Origin: Planctomycetota bacterium
GTDB lineage: Bacteria; Planctomycetota; UBA8742; UBA2392
Direction: 5' to 3'
Assembly: GCA_015075515.1 (NCBI GenBank)
Contig: JABTUE010000002.1
Coordinates: 777,088 to 841,087 of the forward strand
Length of the DNA: 64,000 bases
In this document: positions 1 through 9,442 of the stretch, in pieces
Layout of the letters: every line of letters begins with the position of its first letter
Position numbering within the stretch: the stretch's first letter is position 1
Translations under genes and position numbers: made by a program
The notes under the pieces: generated by a model
Told to the model about the DNA's origin: nothing
Databases searched by the model: none
Seen by the model: the letters and a program-made list of their open reading frames with translations, nothing else

Positions 1-1
1 C

Positions 2-178
2 AAGGAGCGCGAACGCACGTTTTTTGTGTATCTGGCGTTCCGGTCGTCGCGCGACATGCTCAAGCACGTTGAGCTGTACCACGGCGACGAAGACAGCCTG
101 TTGCCCAGCCCGCACGACTATCTGCTGGGCGCCTACACCGAAAATGAAAACGTGGATGTAGAGAACCGCTACCAGTGA
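2..178 (+). CDS. 3' end of an unidentified protein (partial, start lies before the window)
   Basis: Open frame from the window edge to a TGA at 176-178 (…YLLGAYTENENVDVENRYQ*). The stop overlaps the GTG start of the next gene (GTGA). No start codon is present in the window. Confidence 0.3.
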   Translation, partial: KERERTFFVYLAFRSSRDMLKHVELYHGDEDSLLPSPHDYLLGAYTENENVDVENRYQ

Positions 179-537
179 TCCGCGGCGTTGACCATGTGCA
201 GGTTGCCGTTCCCCCCGCGCTGGAAAACGCGGCGCTGCGCTTTTACGGCGGGCTGCTGGGCCTGCCGCGGCTGCCCAAACCCGAAGGCACCGAAGACGCC
301 CGCGGCGCCTGGTTTGCCGCCGGCAACGTGCAGCTGCACGTGGGCATCCAGCTTCAGGGTTTTGCCGCCGCCACAAAGGCGCACGTGGGCTTTGTCGTGG
401 AAGACCTTGAACGCATGAAGGCGCTGCTCAAGGGTGACGGCCGCCCGGTCAAGGACGGAGGCGTGATTTCCGGCTTCCGGCGCGTCTTCAGCGAAGACCC
501 GGCGGGAAACCGGCTGGAGTTCCTTCAGCCGCTGTGA
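175..537 (+). CDS. VOC (glyoxalase/bleomycin-resistance/dioxygenase) family protein
   Basis: 120 aa with a GTG start. The bipartite VOC-fold pattern is visible (HVQVAV…, HVGFVVEDLE…AGNRLEF). Confidence 0.65.
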   Translation: MIRGVDHVQVAVPPALENAALRFYGGLLGLPRLPKPEGTEDARGAWFAAGNVQLHVGIQLQGFAAATKAHVGFVVEDLERMKALLKGDGRPVKDGGVISGFRRVFSEDPAGNRLEFLQPL

Positions 538-577
538 CAGGTTTGCACTTCGGCCCGCGCCATCACACAATCCGGCC

Positions 578-1342
578 ATGAGCTACCACCTGATCTCTCT
601 GGCACGCGAGGCCGTGGACCCGCGCCTGGCGATTGTCACCCTGCGCCGGCCGGCGGTCAAAAACGCCATCAACAAGGCGATGGTGACCGAACTGCACCAC
701 GCCTTTGACAGCCTGCGCGAAACCGATGTCGGCTGCGTGATCATCGAACACGACGGCGACGACTTTGCCGCCGGCGCCGATATCGCCGAACTGCGCGACC
801 GCAAGGCGCTGGAAAGCCTGGCCGCGATCAACAACGCCCTGTTCGCCAAGATGGAAAACTTTCCGGCGCCGGTGATTGCCGCGATCCGGGGCTACGCGCT
901 GGGCGGCGGCTGTGAACTGGCGCTGGCCTGCGACATCCGCGTGGGCGGCCAAAGCGCCAAAATGGGCCAGCCCGAAGTCAACCTGGGCATCATCCCCGCC
1001 GCCGGCGGCACCCAGCGCCTGCCGCGCGTGGTGGGCCTGGGCCGGGCCAAGGAAATGGTGCTGACCGGCGCGATCCTTGACGCCGCCGAATGCCACCGCA
1101 TCGGGCTGCTCAACCGCGTGGTGCCCGACGCCGACGTGCGCAACGAAGCGCACAAGCTGGCCCACAACATTCTGAAAAAAGGCCCGCTGGCGATCCGGCT
1201 TGCCAAGGCCGCGCTGAACCAGAGCGCGCGCATGAGCCTGGATTCCGGGCTGGTGTTTGAAAGCGTCGCCCAGGCCCTGCTGTTCGAAAGCGAAGACAAG
1301 CACAAACGCATGACGGATTTCCTGGAAAAGAAAAAGGGCTGA
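578..1342 (+). CDS. enoyl-CoA hydratase/isomerase (crotonase) family protein
   Basis: 254 aa. Crotonase signatures are present (VKNAIN…AGADIAE…GYALGGGCELALACDIR, oxyanion-hole glycines). It is followed 18 nt later by a 3-hydroxyacyl-CoA dehydrogenase gene. Confidence 0.85.
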   Translation: MSYHLISLAREAVDPRLAIVTLRRPAVKNAINKAMVTELHHAFDSLRETDVGCVIIEHDGDDFAAGADIAELRDRKALESLAAINNALFAKMENFPAPVIAAIRGYALGGGCELALACDIRVGGQSAKMGQPEVNLGIIPAAGGTQRLPRVVGLGRAKEMVLTGAILDAAECHRIGLLNRVVPDADVRNEAHKLAHNILKKGPLAIRLAKAALNQSARMSLDSGLVFESVAQALLFESEDKHKRMTDFLEKKKG

Positions 1343-1360
1343 GCAACGCCCGGAGAACGC

Positions 1361-2212
<852 letters not shown>

Positions 2213-2277
2213 GGGTTTGACCCCGGCCGGGCCGCCGGCCACAATCACCGCGGGCTTGTCAACACAAGGGGCAATTC

Positions 2278-2826
2278 ATGAACACGCTTGCGAAGCTGGT
2301 GGTGGTCGTGCTGTCGGCTGCAATCCTTGCGGGCTGCGGCGGCGGGCTGCGCGTCATCAAACCCGAAGTGGACGACGCCGCCGGCCTGCGCGCCGTTACG
2401 GCCTATCACGTCAAGCCGGTCAGCTATGACTTCGAAGTTCCCAAAGAATGGGATGTCACAACCGACGACTGGGCGAAAAAGACCGCCGACTGGTCACGTG
2501 AATACGCCAATGGCATTGCCGCCACGCGCGCCAAGCCGGTGTACACGCTGGGCCCCGGCGCCAGCGTCGGCAAAGGCGCGATCATTGAAACCAGCGTGAC
2601 ACAGATGAAGGTGGGCACCTACGCCTATTTCGTCAAGACGCCCGGCCGCATCTGGGGCAAGGTGACAATCACCGACGCGGAATCGGGCAAGGTGCTGTTC
2701 CGCGGCAGCTTTGACAGCACGGGCTCCACGGACACCGGCGAAGTCATGACCTTTGGCGGACGGGTAAAAACCGCCCACGACCCCGTGACCTGGGATCTGC
2801 GCTGGCTGATTGAACGCAAGGAGTAA
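2278..2826 (+). CDS. hypothetical lipoprotein
   Basis: 182 aa with a signal peptide and lipobox (LSAAILAGCGGG). An AAGGGG Shine-Dalgarno sits 7 nt upstream. Confidence 0.6.
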   Translation: MNTLAKLVVVVLSAAILAGCGGGLRVIKPEVDDAAGLRAVTAYHVKPVSYDFEVPKEWDVTTDDWAKKTADWSREYANGIAATRAKPVYTLGPGASVGKGAIIETSVTQMKVGTYAYFVKTPGRIWGKVTITDAESGKVLFRGSFDSTGSTDTGEVMTFGGRVKTAHDPVTWDLRWLIERKE

Positions 2827-2884
2827 CCCGTGCAAACGCCAAAGCCCGGCCGCGATGGCCGGGCTTTGTGTTTTGCGCAGGCGG

Positions 2885-3436
2885 CTACGCCTTCCACTTG
2901 ATGTTGCAGCCGATGCTGGGTGTCTGCCTGGGGTCCGGGGTCTTGCCCGCAATCACGGCATCCAGGGCCGCCCGCAGGTCTTTGCCGTCGTTTTTGACCT
3001 CGTTGCCGGGGCGCGAGCCGTCCATCTGGCCGCGATAGGCCAGCCGGTGCTGCTTGTCGAACAAAAAGAAGTCCGGTGTGCAGGCCGCGTTGCAGGCGCG
3101 CGCGACTTTCTGGGTTTCGTCGTACAGGTACGGGAAGGTGTAGCCGCGCTGCTTCTTTTCGGTCTTCATCTTGCCGGGGCTGTCGTCGGGATAGTTCGCC
3201 ACATCGTTGCTGTTGATGGCCACAATGCCGGCCTTTGGGGCGTAATCCCTGCCCAGGCGCGCCAGTTCGGCGGCGACGTGCTTGACGTAGGGGCAGTGGT
3301 TGCAGATGAACATGACCAGAAGCGGCCTGCCGGCAAAATCGGCCAGCTTGACGGTGCTGCCGTCGGTATCGGGCAGCGCGAAATCGGGCGCGGGCGTGCC
3401 CAGCGGCAGCATGGTGGAAGGTGTAAGTGCCATCAA
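2885..3436 (-). CDS. thioredoxin-fold redoxin (TlpA/AhpC-TSA-like), cytoplasmic
   Basis: 183 aa. CxxC motif (CNHCPYV) in a redoxin context (PAPDFALPDTDG…LLVMFICNHCP). No signal peptide. It is the last gene of a minus-strand birA–MTase–redoxin operon with 4–9 nt gaps. Confidence 0.7.
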   Translation of the reverse strand: MMALTPSTMLPLGTPAPDFALPDTDGSTVKLADFAGRPLLVMFICNHCPYVKHVAAELARLGRDYAPKAGIVAINSNDVANYPDDSPGKMKTEKKQRGYTFPYLYDETQKVARACNAACTPDFFLFDKQHRLAYRGQMDGSRPGNEVKNDGKDLRAALDAVIAGKTPDPRQTPSIGCNIKWKA

Positions 3437-3444
3437 CGGTCTCC

Positions 3445-4218
3445 TTACCGGCGAACGGTCCAGACCTGTTCGCCGCCGTGGCGGTAGGGCTGGCCCTGAA
3501 AGCCGCCCTCGAGTTTTTCAACGCGCAGGCCGCACAGCTCGAACAGGTGCTCCATCTCGTAGCGAAAGAAATAGCGCAGGCTGAACACGCGGCTTTTGCG
3601 CCACTGGCTGTTGCCCTGTCTGTCGAACTTTTCGAACACCCAGTCTTCGACCACGTACTGTTCCTCGGGGCAGGGCACGCGCGTGGCCAGTGCCGTGATG
3701 CGCCCGCCGTCGGGGGTTTTTACGCTGCCCACGTTGCGCGCGGCGCTGCCGTGGTGGGTCAGGTTCGCGGCCAGGATGTTCAGGTTGGGGTCAAACAGGT
3801 TGATCACCAGGCGACCTTGACGTGTCAAGTGCTCGCGGCAGCATTCCAGGCAGGCGCGCTGGTCGCGCACGTCCAGCAGGTGCTGGAACGCGCGGTAGGG
3901 AATCACAACCAGCGGAAAGGTCTGCTTCAGGGCAAAGCGCCGCATGTCGCCGCGGTGCAGCGTTACTTTGCGTTCCAGGCCCGCGGCGGCAACCTTGTCG
4001 CGGCAGGCCTTGAACATGTCGGGCGCAAGCTCAATGCCCGTGACCTTCGCCCCGGCGCGCGCCATCGGGATCAGCGTGCGGCCGGTGCCGCAGGCCAGTT
4101 CCAGCACGCGCCCGGCCCCGGCGGCCAGTCTGGCGAAGTATCCGGTGTCGCCGGGAACGCCGGTGCTGAACAGGTCGTACAGGTCAGGCGAAGAATACAG
4201 CGTGTTTGCACTGGGCAT
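3445..4218 (-). CDS. class I SAM-dependent methyltransferase
   Basis: 257 aa. SAM-binding motif I VLELACGTGR and motif post-I (VTGIELAPDM). Confidence 0.75.
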   Translation of the reverse strand: MPSANTLYSSPDLYDLFSTGVPGDTGYFARLAAGAGRVLELACGTGRTLIPMARAGAKVTGIELAPDMFKACRDKVAAAGLERKVTLHRGDMRRFALKQTFPLVVIPYRAFQHLLDVRDQRACLECCREHLTRQGRLVINLFDPNLNILAANLTHHGSAARNVGSVKTPDGGRITALATRVPCPEEQYVVEDWVFEKFDRQGNSQWRKSRVFSLRYFFRYEMEHLFELCGLRVEKLEGGFQGQPYRHGGEQVWTVRR

Positions 4219-4221
4219 GGT

Positions 4222-5211
4222 TCATTCGCCGGTCGCTTCGCGCACGTTGGCCACGCCCTCGGCGCTGAAGTCCTTGCTTTCGCCGTCCTCAAGCTTCAGC
4301 GTGATGCCCTTTTGCGGGTCCACGCGCTGCACGGTGCCCTTGTACTGCCGGCCGCCATGTTCCAGCGTGACCAGTCTGCCGCCCATAGGCACGAACTCGG
4401 CCCAGGCCCTGGCCAGCTTGTCCCACTTTTTCTTGCGCAGCAGCTCGTAGACCTTCTCAAGGTAAAACATCAGCGGCCGGATCACGCGCACGCGGTTCAG
4501 CGGCGCCGCGCCCGGGCGCTCCAGCCGCAGGCTGGTGGCCAGGGCGCGCAGGTCTTCCGGAAAATCCTCGCGCAACTGGTTCACGTTCATGCCGATGCCC
4601 AGCACGAACACATCGGGCTGGTTGCTGCGGGCCTCGACCAGGATGCCGCAGGCCTTGCGGCCGCGGATGATGATGTCGTTGGGCCACTTGATTTCGGCCG
4701 GCAGGTACACGAACTGCTGCAGCATGTTGGCCAGCGCCAGGCTGGCCATGCAGGTCACAAAGGCGGCTTTGTCGGGCGGCACGTGGGCCTTGAGCACAAC
4801 CGAAAGCCACAGGCCGGTGCCGCGCGCGCTGTGCCAGGCCCGGCCCATACGGCCGCGGCCGTTGGTCTGGTGTTCGGCCACTATCACGGTGCCGTCGGCA
4901 AGGGCGGGGTCGGACTCGATCAGTTCCCAGGCCGCGTCGTTGGTACTGACGACCGTGTCGTGAATGACCAGGTTGCGGCCGATGGTCTTGGTGTTCAGGT
5001 CGTCCAGGATTTCATCGGCCAGCAGCTTGTCGGGGATGTCAACCAGCTTGACGCCCAGGTACGGGTGAAACTCGATGGAATAGCCGGCCTCGATCAGTTC
5101 TTCGACGGTGGTGAAAACGGCGTCGCGGTGAAGCTCAAGCTCGTCGGCCACGACATCCACGGGCACGAAGTCACTTTGCTTTTTGAGGAACCGGATCAGG
5201 GCGCGGGACAT
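4222..5211 (-). CDS. birA: bifunctional biotin--[acetyl-CoA-carboxylase] ligase / biotin operon repressor BirA
   Basis: 329 aa. N-terminal HTH, the biotin-ligase catalytic motif (HQTNGRGRMGRAWHS…GTGLWLSVVL) and a C-terminal SH3-like domain. Confidence 0.85.
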   Translation of the reverse strand: MSRALIRFLKKQSDFVPVDVVADELELHRDAVFTTVEELIEAGYSIEFHPYLGVKLVDIPDKLLADEILDDLNTKTIGRNLVIHDTVVSTNDAAWELIESDPALADGTVIVAEHQTNGRGRMGRAWHSARGTGLWLSVVLKAHVPPDKAAFVTCMASLALANMLQQFVYLPAEIKWPNDIIIRGRKACGILVEARSNQPDVFVLGIGMNVNQLREDFPEDLRALATSLRLERPGAAPLNRVRVIRPLMFYLEKVYELLRKKKWDKLARAWAEFVPMGGRLVTLEHGGRQYKGTVQRVDPQKGITLKLEDGESKDFSAEGVANVREATGE

Positions 5212-5334
5212 GGGCCGGGAGTGTAAAGCGAAGGCGACGATTTGGCGAGGGACGTGGATTTCGGAATCTTCCCCCGGCGTACCGGCGGTTGCCGGGCCCT
5301 ATGGCAGCCGCGGGCGCGCGGTAATCTTGGCCGC

Positions 5335-7182
5335 GTGAACGCACTTGACGTCATTGTCGTCGGCGGTGGTCACGCGGGGATTGAGGCCGCGCTGGCGACC
5401 TCGCGCCTGGGCTGTCGCGTGGCGCTGGTCACCTTTGAACGCGCGGGCATCGGCCGCATGTCCTGTAACCCCGCCATCGGCGGCGTGGCCAAGGGCCAGA
5501 TCGTGCGCGAGATTGACGCGCTGGGCGGGGCCATGGGCCGCCTGATTGACGCCACGGGCATCCAGTTCCGCATGCTGAACACATCCAAGGGCGCGGCCGT
5601 CATGAGCCCGCGCGCCCAGGCCGACAAGGCCGCCTACCAGCGCGCCGCGCAGGCAATGGTGGAGTCCGCGGGGCTGGAGATTGTAGAGGGCGAGGCGGCG
5701 GATCTGCTGGTTCAAGGTTCAGGATTCAGGATTCCGGATTCTGCGAGCGGTTCCGCCGGTTCAGTCTTGAATCGCATCGCCGGCGTTCGCCTTTCCGATG
5801 GCCGTGAGATCCGCGCCCCGCGCGTGATCCTGACCACCGGCACGTTTCTGGGCGGCCTGCTGCACTATGGCGAAGACAAAATCACGGGCGGCCGCGCGGG
5901 CGAAAAGGCCGCGCTGGGCCTTTCGGGTTGTCTGCGCGGGCTGGGCTTCCGTCTGGGCAGGCTGAAAACCGGCACACCGCCGCGGCTGGACGGCAACACG
6001 ATTGACTGGAACAAGGTGGAAGAACAGAAAGGCGACGAGCCACCGCGGCCGTTTTCGTTCTTGACCGGTCAAGTCACGCAGCCGCAGATGTCGTGTTTCA
6101 TCACGCGCACCAACGAACGCACGCACCGGGTGATTGCCGACAATCTGGCGCGCAGCCCGCTGTACTCCGGCCAGATTGTGGGTGTGGGCCCGCGCTATTG
6201 CCCCAGCATTGAGGACAAAATCCGGCGCTTTGCCGACAAGCAGAGCCACCACGTGTTTCTGGAACCCGAGGGCCGCGACACCGGCGAAGTCTACCCCAAC
6301 GGCATCAGCACCAGCATGCCGCGCGACGTTCAGGACGCGCTGGTGCGCACGATTGCCGGGCTGGAAAACGCCCGCATCGTGCGCTACGGCTATGCCGTCG
6401 AATATGATTTTGTGCCCCCCACCCAGGTGGACGCGACACTGCAAACCAAACCGGTACAGGGCCTGTACCTGGCCGGCCAGATCAACGGCACCACAGGCTA
6501 TGAAGAAGCCGCGGCCCAGGGGCTGATGGCCGGGCTGAACGCCGCGCTGACACTGGCCGGGCGCGAACCCGTGGTGCTGCGGCGCGACCAGGCCTACATC
6601 GGCGTTCTGATTGACGACCTGACCACGCGCGGCACCGACGAGCCGTACCGCATGTTCACCAGCCTGGCGGAATACCGGCTGCGGCTGCGCAGCGACAACG
6701 CCGACCGCCGGCTGACGCCGCTGGGCCGCGCGCTGGGGTGCATTGACACGTCAAGAGACGCGCGGTTTGCCGCCAAGGCCGCCGATTGCGCCCGCGCCGA
6801 GGCGCTGCTGCGCGGGACGCGCTGGGACGGCAAATCGGCCTGGGAACACCTGCGGTCGCCGCAACTGACCTGGCCCGAAGTGCTGGCCCGTGTGCCCCAA
6901 CTGGGCGGACTGGACGCCGAAGCGCTGGAAACCGTGCAGCACGACGCGCGCTACGCGGGCTACATGGAACGCGAAGACATCGAAGCCGCGCGCCTGGCCG
7001 AACTCGAGTCCATCCGCCTGCCCGCCGGACTTGATCTGGCAAACATCGAACACCTGCGCAAAGAGGCCCGCGAAAAGCTCAGCCGCGTGCGGCCGCTGAC
7101 ACTGGGCCAGGCCAGCCGGATTCCGGGCATCGGCCCGGCGGATCTGCTGGTACTGCGCACGCTGTTGCGTGCAAAGGCCTGA
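5335..7182 (+). CDS. mnmG: tRNA uridine-5-carboxymethylaminomethyl modification enzyme MnmG (GidA)
   Basis: FAD-binding N-terminus DVIVVGGGHAGIEAA and conserved GidA core and C-terminal domains. The most plausible start is the GTG at 5335 (the ORF track extends upstream to 5242). The gene contains a short heptamer-repeat insertion at ~5709–5745. Confidence 0.88.
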   Translation: MNALDVIVVGGGHAGIEAALATSRLGCRVALVTFERAGIGRMSCNPAIGGVAKGQIVREIDALGGAMGRLIDATGIQFRMLNTSKGAAVMSPRAQADKAAYQRAAQAMVESAGLEIVEGEAADLLVQGSGFRIPDSASGSAGSVLNRIAGVRLSDGREIRAPRVILTTGTFLGGLLHYGEDKITGGRAGEKAALGLSGCLRGLGFRLGRLKTGTPPRLDGNTIDWNKVEEQKGDEPPRPFSFLTGQVTQPQMSCFITRTNERTHRVIADNLARSPLYSGQIVGVGPRYCPSIEDKIRRFADKQSHHVFLEPEGRDTGEVYPNGISTSMPRDVQDALVRTIAGLENARIVRYGYAVEYDFVPPTQVDATLQTKPVQGLYLAGQINGTTGYEEAAAQGLMAGLNAALTLAGREPVVLRRDQAYIGVLIDDLTTRGTDEPYRMFTSLAEYRLRLRSDNADRRLTPLGRALGCIDTSRDARFAAKAADCARAEALLRGTRWDGKSAWEHLRSPQLTWPEVLARVPQLGGLDAEALETVQHDARYAGYMEREDIEAARLAELESIRLPAGLDLANIEHLRKEAREKLSRVRPLTLGQASRIPGIGPADLLVLRTLLRAKA

Positions 7183-7415
7183 AACTGCTGCATTTGGGGC
7201 GATTTGGCCGATTCGGTGCAGCCCATTTGGTGCGCTCGGTAGGCTGTGTGCGGTTTGTGGAGTCAAATCGTCCGAAAAGTTTTGCGCATTGGCCCGCGGC
7301 GGGATAGGCTCTATCTAGCGGGTTAACGCCCGCTGAAGTAAGCCCCAACTCCTCTTTGCCCGGGAGGAGTTCGCTTGAAGCCCTCGTGATTGCCCCGCGG
7401 GGGCTTCTCTTTTTC

Positions 7416-7432
7416 GGGCACGGTTCTGGCAT
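7416..7432 (+). promoter_or_regulatory. candidate sigma-54 (-24/-12) promoter
   Basis: gGGCACGgttcTgGCAt matches TGGCACG-N4-TTGCA at 14 of 16 positions. The invariant GG and GC are present with correct spacing. It lies ~100 nt upstream of the ATG at 7530 that begins the PAS-domain gene. Confidence 0.3.
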
Positions 7433-7529
7433 TGGGGCATGGCAGCAGGGGCCGAGGTTCCTAGAATCACGTGACTGTTTTCTCAGTGACGTCTCGGGCA
7501 AAACCGTGAGTGATGTGCCGGGTCAATTC

Positions 7530-8378
7530 ATGCCAAACGCAGAGTGGGTGCTGCGTCAGGTGCCCGTTATCTCGTACTTCTGCGAGAACGACGGCCTGTA
7601 CACCATGCGCTGGCTGAACGCCGGTGGCGGCAACGACCTGGGCTATGATCTGCAGGATTTCGTCAACAACAAGCACTACTTTGCCGCCTCGGCGGTACAC
7701 CCGGACGACCTCGATGTCGTGGACCAGTTCGCCGAGCGCGCGCTGGCCAGCCAGCGGCCGATTGTGGCGCGCTATCGCCTGGTGCATGTCCAGGGCCGGG
7801 TCCTGCCCATGATCCTGACCGCGCGGGCGGTGCGCGACGGCGACGGCCAGGCTTACGGTTTTTGCGGCATGGTGCTGGACGTCAGCGAAACCCCGGCGCT
7901 GCAGGGGCCATCCAAAGTTCTTACCGACCACGGCGCGCCTAAAGAACAGCCGCAGACGCCGCTGAGCCCGTACCCGGACAAACCCGACCCGGCCTGGATC
8001 AACCGGCACGCCCCGGCAGCGACTTTTGCGGTAGAAACCGATGAGTCCTACACCCTGCGCTTTGCGGGGGGGCAGTCCGAGTTTCTGCTGGAATACCCGC
8101 CCCAGGATTTTCTGAATAACGCGAAGTTCCGGGCCAGCATGGCGGTTCTGCCTGAAGACGAAGAAGTGGCCGACCAGACCGTGGAAGCCTGCGCCGCCCG
8201 GCCGGGCCGGATGGTGGTCAGTCGCTACCGGCTGGTTCACGCGCGGGGCCACGCGGTGCCGGTGTTGCTGGCCTGCCGCGGTGTGCCCGTTGAAGGCCGC
8301 GTGCTGGTGGCCGGAATTGGACTGGATTTGACCCATTGCCCGGCCCTGCACGGCAAGCCGGCCGTACTGTTGAAATGA
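7530..8378 (+). CDS. tandem PAS-like domain protein (two PAS-like repeats, no output domain)
   Basis: The ORF track starts at a TTG at 7356. The ATG at 7530 aligns with the first residue of the repeat unit. Two ~125-aa internal repeats are homologous to each other and to the next ORF (YTxRF…LGY…DF..N..F.A..V.HPDD…ARYRLVH..G..PVL…LQG). Confidence 0.55.
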   Translation: MPNAEWVLRQVPVISYFCENDGLYTMRWLNAGGGNDLGYDLQDFVNNKHYFAASAVHPDDLDVVDQFAERALASQRPIVARYRLVHVQGRVLPMILTARAVRDGDGQAYGFCGMVLDVSETPALQGPSKVLTDHGAPKEQPQTPLSPYPDKPDPAWINRHAPAATFAVETDESYTLRFAGGQSEFLLEYPPQDFLNNAKFRASMAVLPEDEEVADQTVEACAARPGRMVVSRYRLVHARGHAVPVLLACRGVPVEGRVLVAGIGLDLTHCPALHGKPAVLLK

Positions 8379-8382
8379 TTGC

Positions 8383-8808
8383 GTGACCATGAACGACCCC
8401 GGCCACATGGATTTTCTGGCGCGGTTTGTGGACCACCTGCCGGTGATCACGCTGTTTGTGGCCAACGACGAGCATTACACGCTCAAGTTTGCCAGCCTTG
8501 AGGGCGCGCGGCTGCTGGGTTACAGCCCCGAAGACTTCAAGGACAACCGGCGCTTCACCGCGGCGTCGGTGATTCACCCCGACGACCAGGCGATCTCGGA
8601 CGAACAGACCGAGCGCATCATGGCCACCGGCCGCGCCGTGGCGGCGCGCTACCGCGTGGTGGCCGCGGACGGCACGCCGATTCCCGTGCTTGACATTTCG
8701 CGCCTGTACGACGAGCCGGGGCGTGAACCCGGCCTGATCACGGTGCTGGTGGATCTGCGCCTGGCACCGCCGTTGCAGGGCCAATCCTGTGTCTTCGGCC
8801 CGGCATGA
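8383..8808 (+). CDS. single PAS-like domain protein (third paralogous repeat)
   Basis: 141 aa, homologous to both repeats of the preceding ORF. It lies 4 nt downstream of that ORF's stop, and its own stop overlaps the flavodoxin start (ATGA). Confidence 0.55.
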   Translation: MTMNDPGHMDFLARFVDHLPVITLFVANDEHYTLKFASLEGARLLGYSPEDFKDNRRFTAASVIHPDDQAISDEQTERIMATGRAVAARYRVVAADGTPIPVLDISRLYDEPGREPGLITVLVDLRLAPPLQGQSCVFGPA

Positions 8809-9383
8809 ATCCGCGCGTCCTGGTCGGTTACGTCAGTGTCGGGGGCAACACCGCCGAAACCGCGAACATTCTGGCCGCCGCCGCGCGCGAGGCCGGGGCC
8901 GAAGTTGCCGGCCCGGTGGATCTGCGGGGCAAATCGGCAGAGCTGCTGATCGGCCACGACGGGCTGCTGCTGGGCGAGCCGACCTGGGGCGAGGGCGCGC
9001 ACCACACCGATTTCGCGCCCTTTGACGATTCGATGGCGCGGTTGCTGGAGCCCGGTCGCGCGCTGGCCGGCGTTCGCGCCGCGGCCTTTGGCGGCTGTGA
9101 CCGGGCGTACCGCAATTTCGGCCGCGCGATTGAACTGATCGAGGATCGTCTGGCGGCCTGCGGCGCGCTGGTTGTCCAGCAGGGGCTCAAAATTGAACTG
9201 GCCCACAACGGGCACAGCCGCGCGTTCACGCGCCGGTGGGCGCAACAGTTTGTCGCGCGCGTTGCCGGCAGGCTTGAGCCGCAGGCGTACCGGCCGGCGA
9301 TGACCCGCGCCGACGCGGACGCCGTCATGGGCATCACGCCGGCCCAGCGCCGCGCCCGCGACAACGCGGGGCTGATGCTGTAA
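8805..9383 (+). CDS. flavodoxin-like protein
   Basis: 192 aa. Flavodoxin FMN-binding loop VLVGYVSVGGNTAETA. Translationally coupled to the upstream PAS-like ORF. Confidence 0.65.
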   Translation: MNPRVLVGYVSVGGNTAETANILAAAAREAGAEVAGPVDLRGKSAELLIGHDGLLLGEPTWGEGAHHTDFAPFDDSMARLLEPGRALAGVRAAAFGGCDRAYRNFGRAIELIEDRLAACGALVVQQGLKIELAHNGHSRAFTRRWAQQFVARVAGRLEPQAYRPAMTRADADAVMGITPAQRRARDNAGLML

Positions 9384-9442
9384 AGCCGGCACACGCGGCA
9401 CGGTCTTGCCCGCGTGCCCGCATTGCCCTAAACCATGCCGCC

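Noticed and set aside
3427-5226. 599-aa plus-strand ORF
   Set aside because: It is antisense to the methyltransferase and birA genes. Its composition is typical of GC-rich antisense frames.
7467-8465. 332-aa minus-strand ORF over the PAS-like genes
   Set aside because: The plus-strand reading shows a three-fold internally repeated domain with coupled downstream genes. The minus frame has no such structure.
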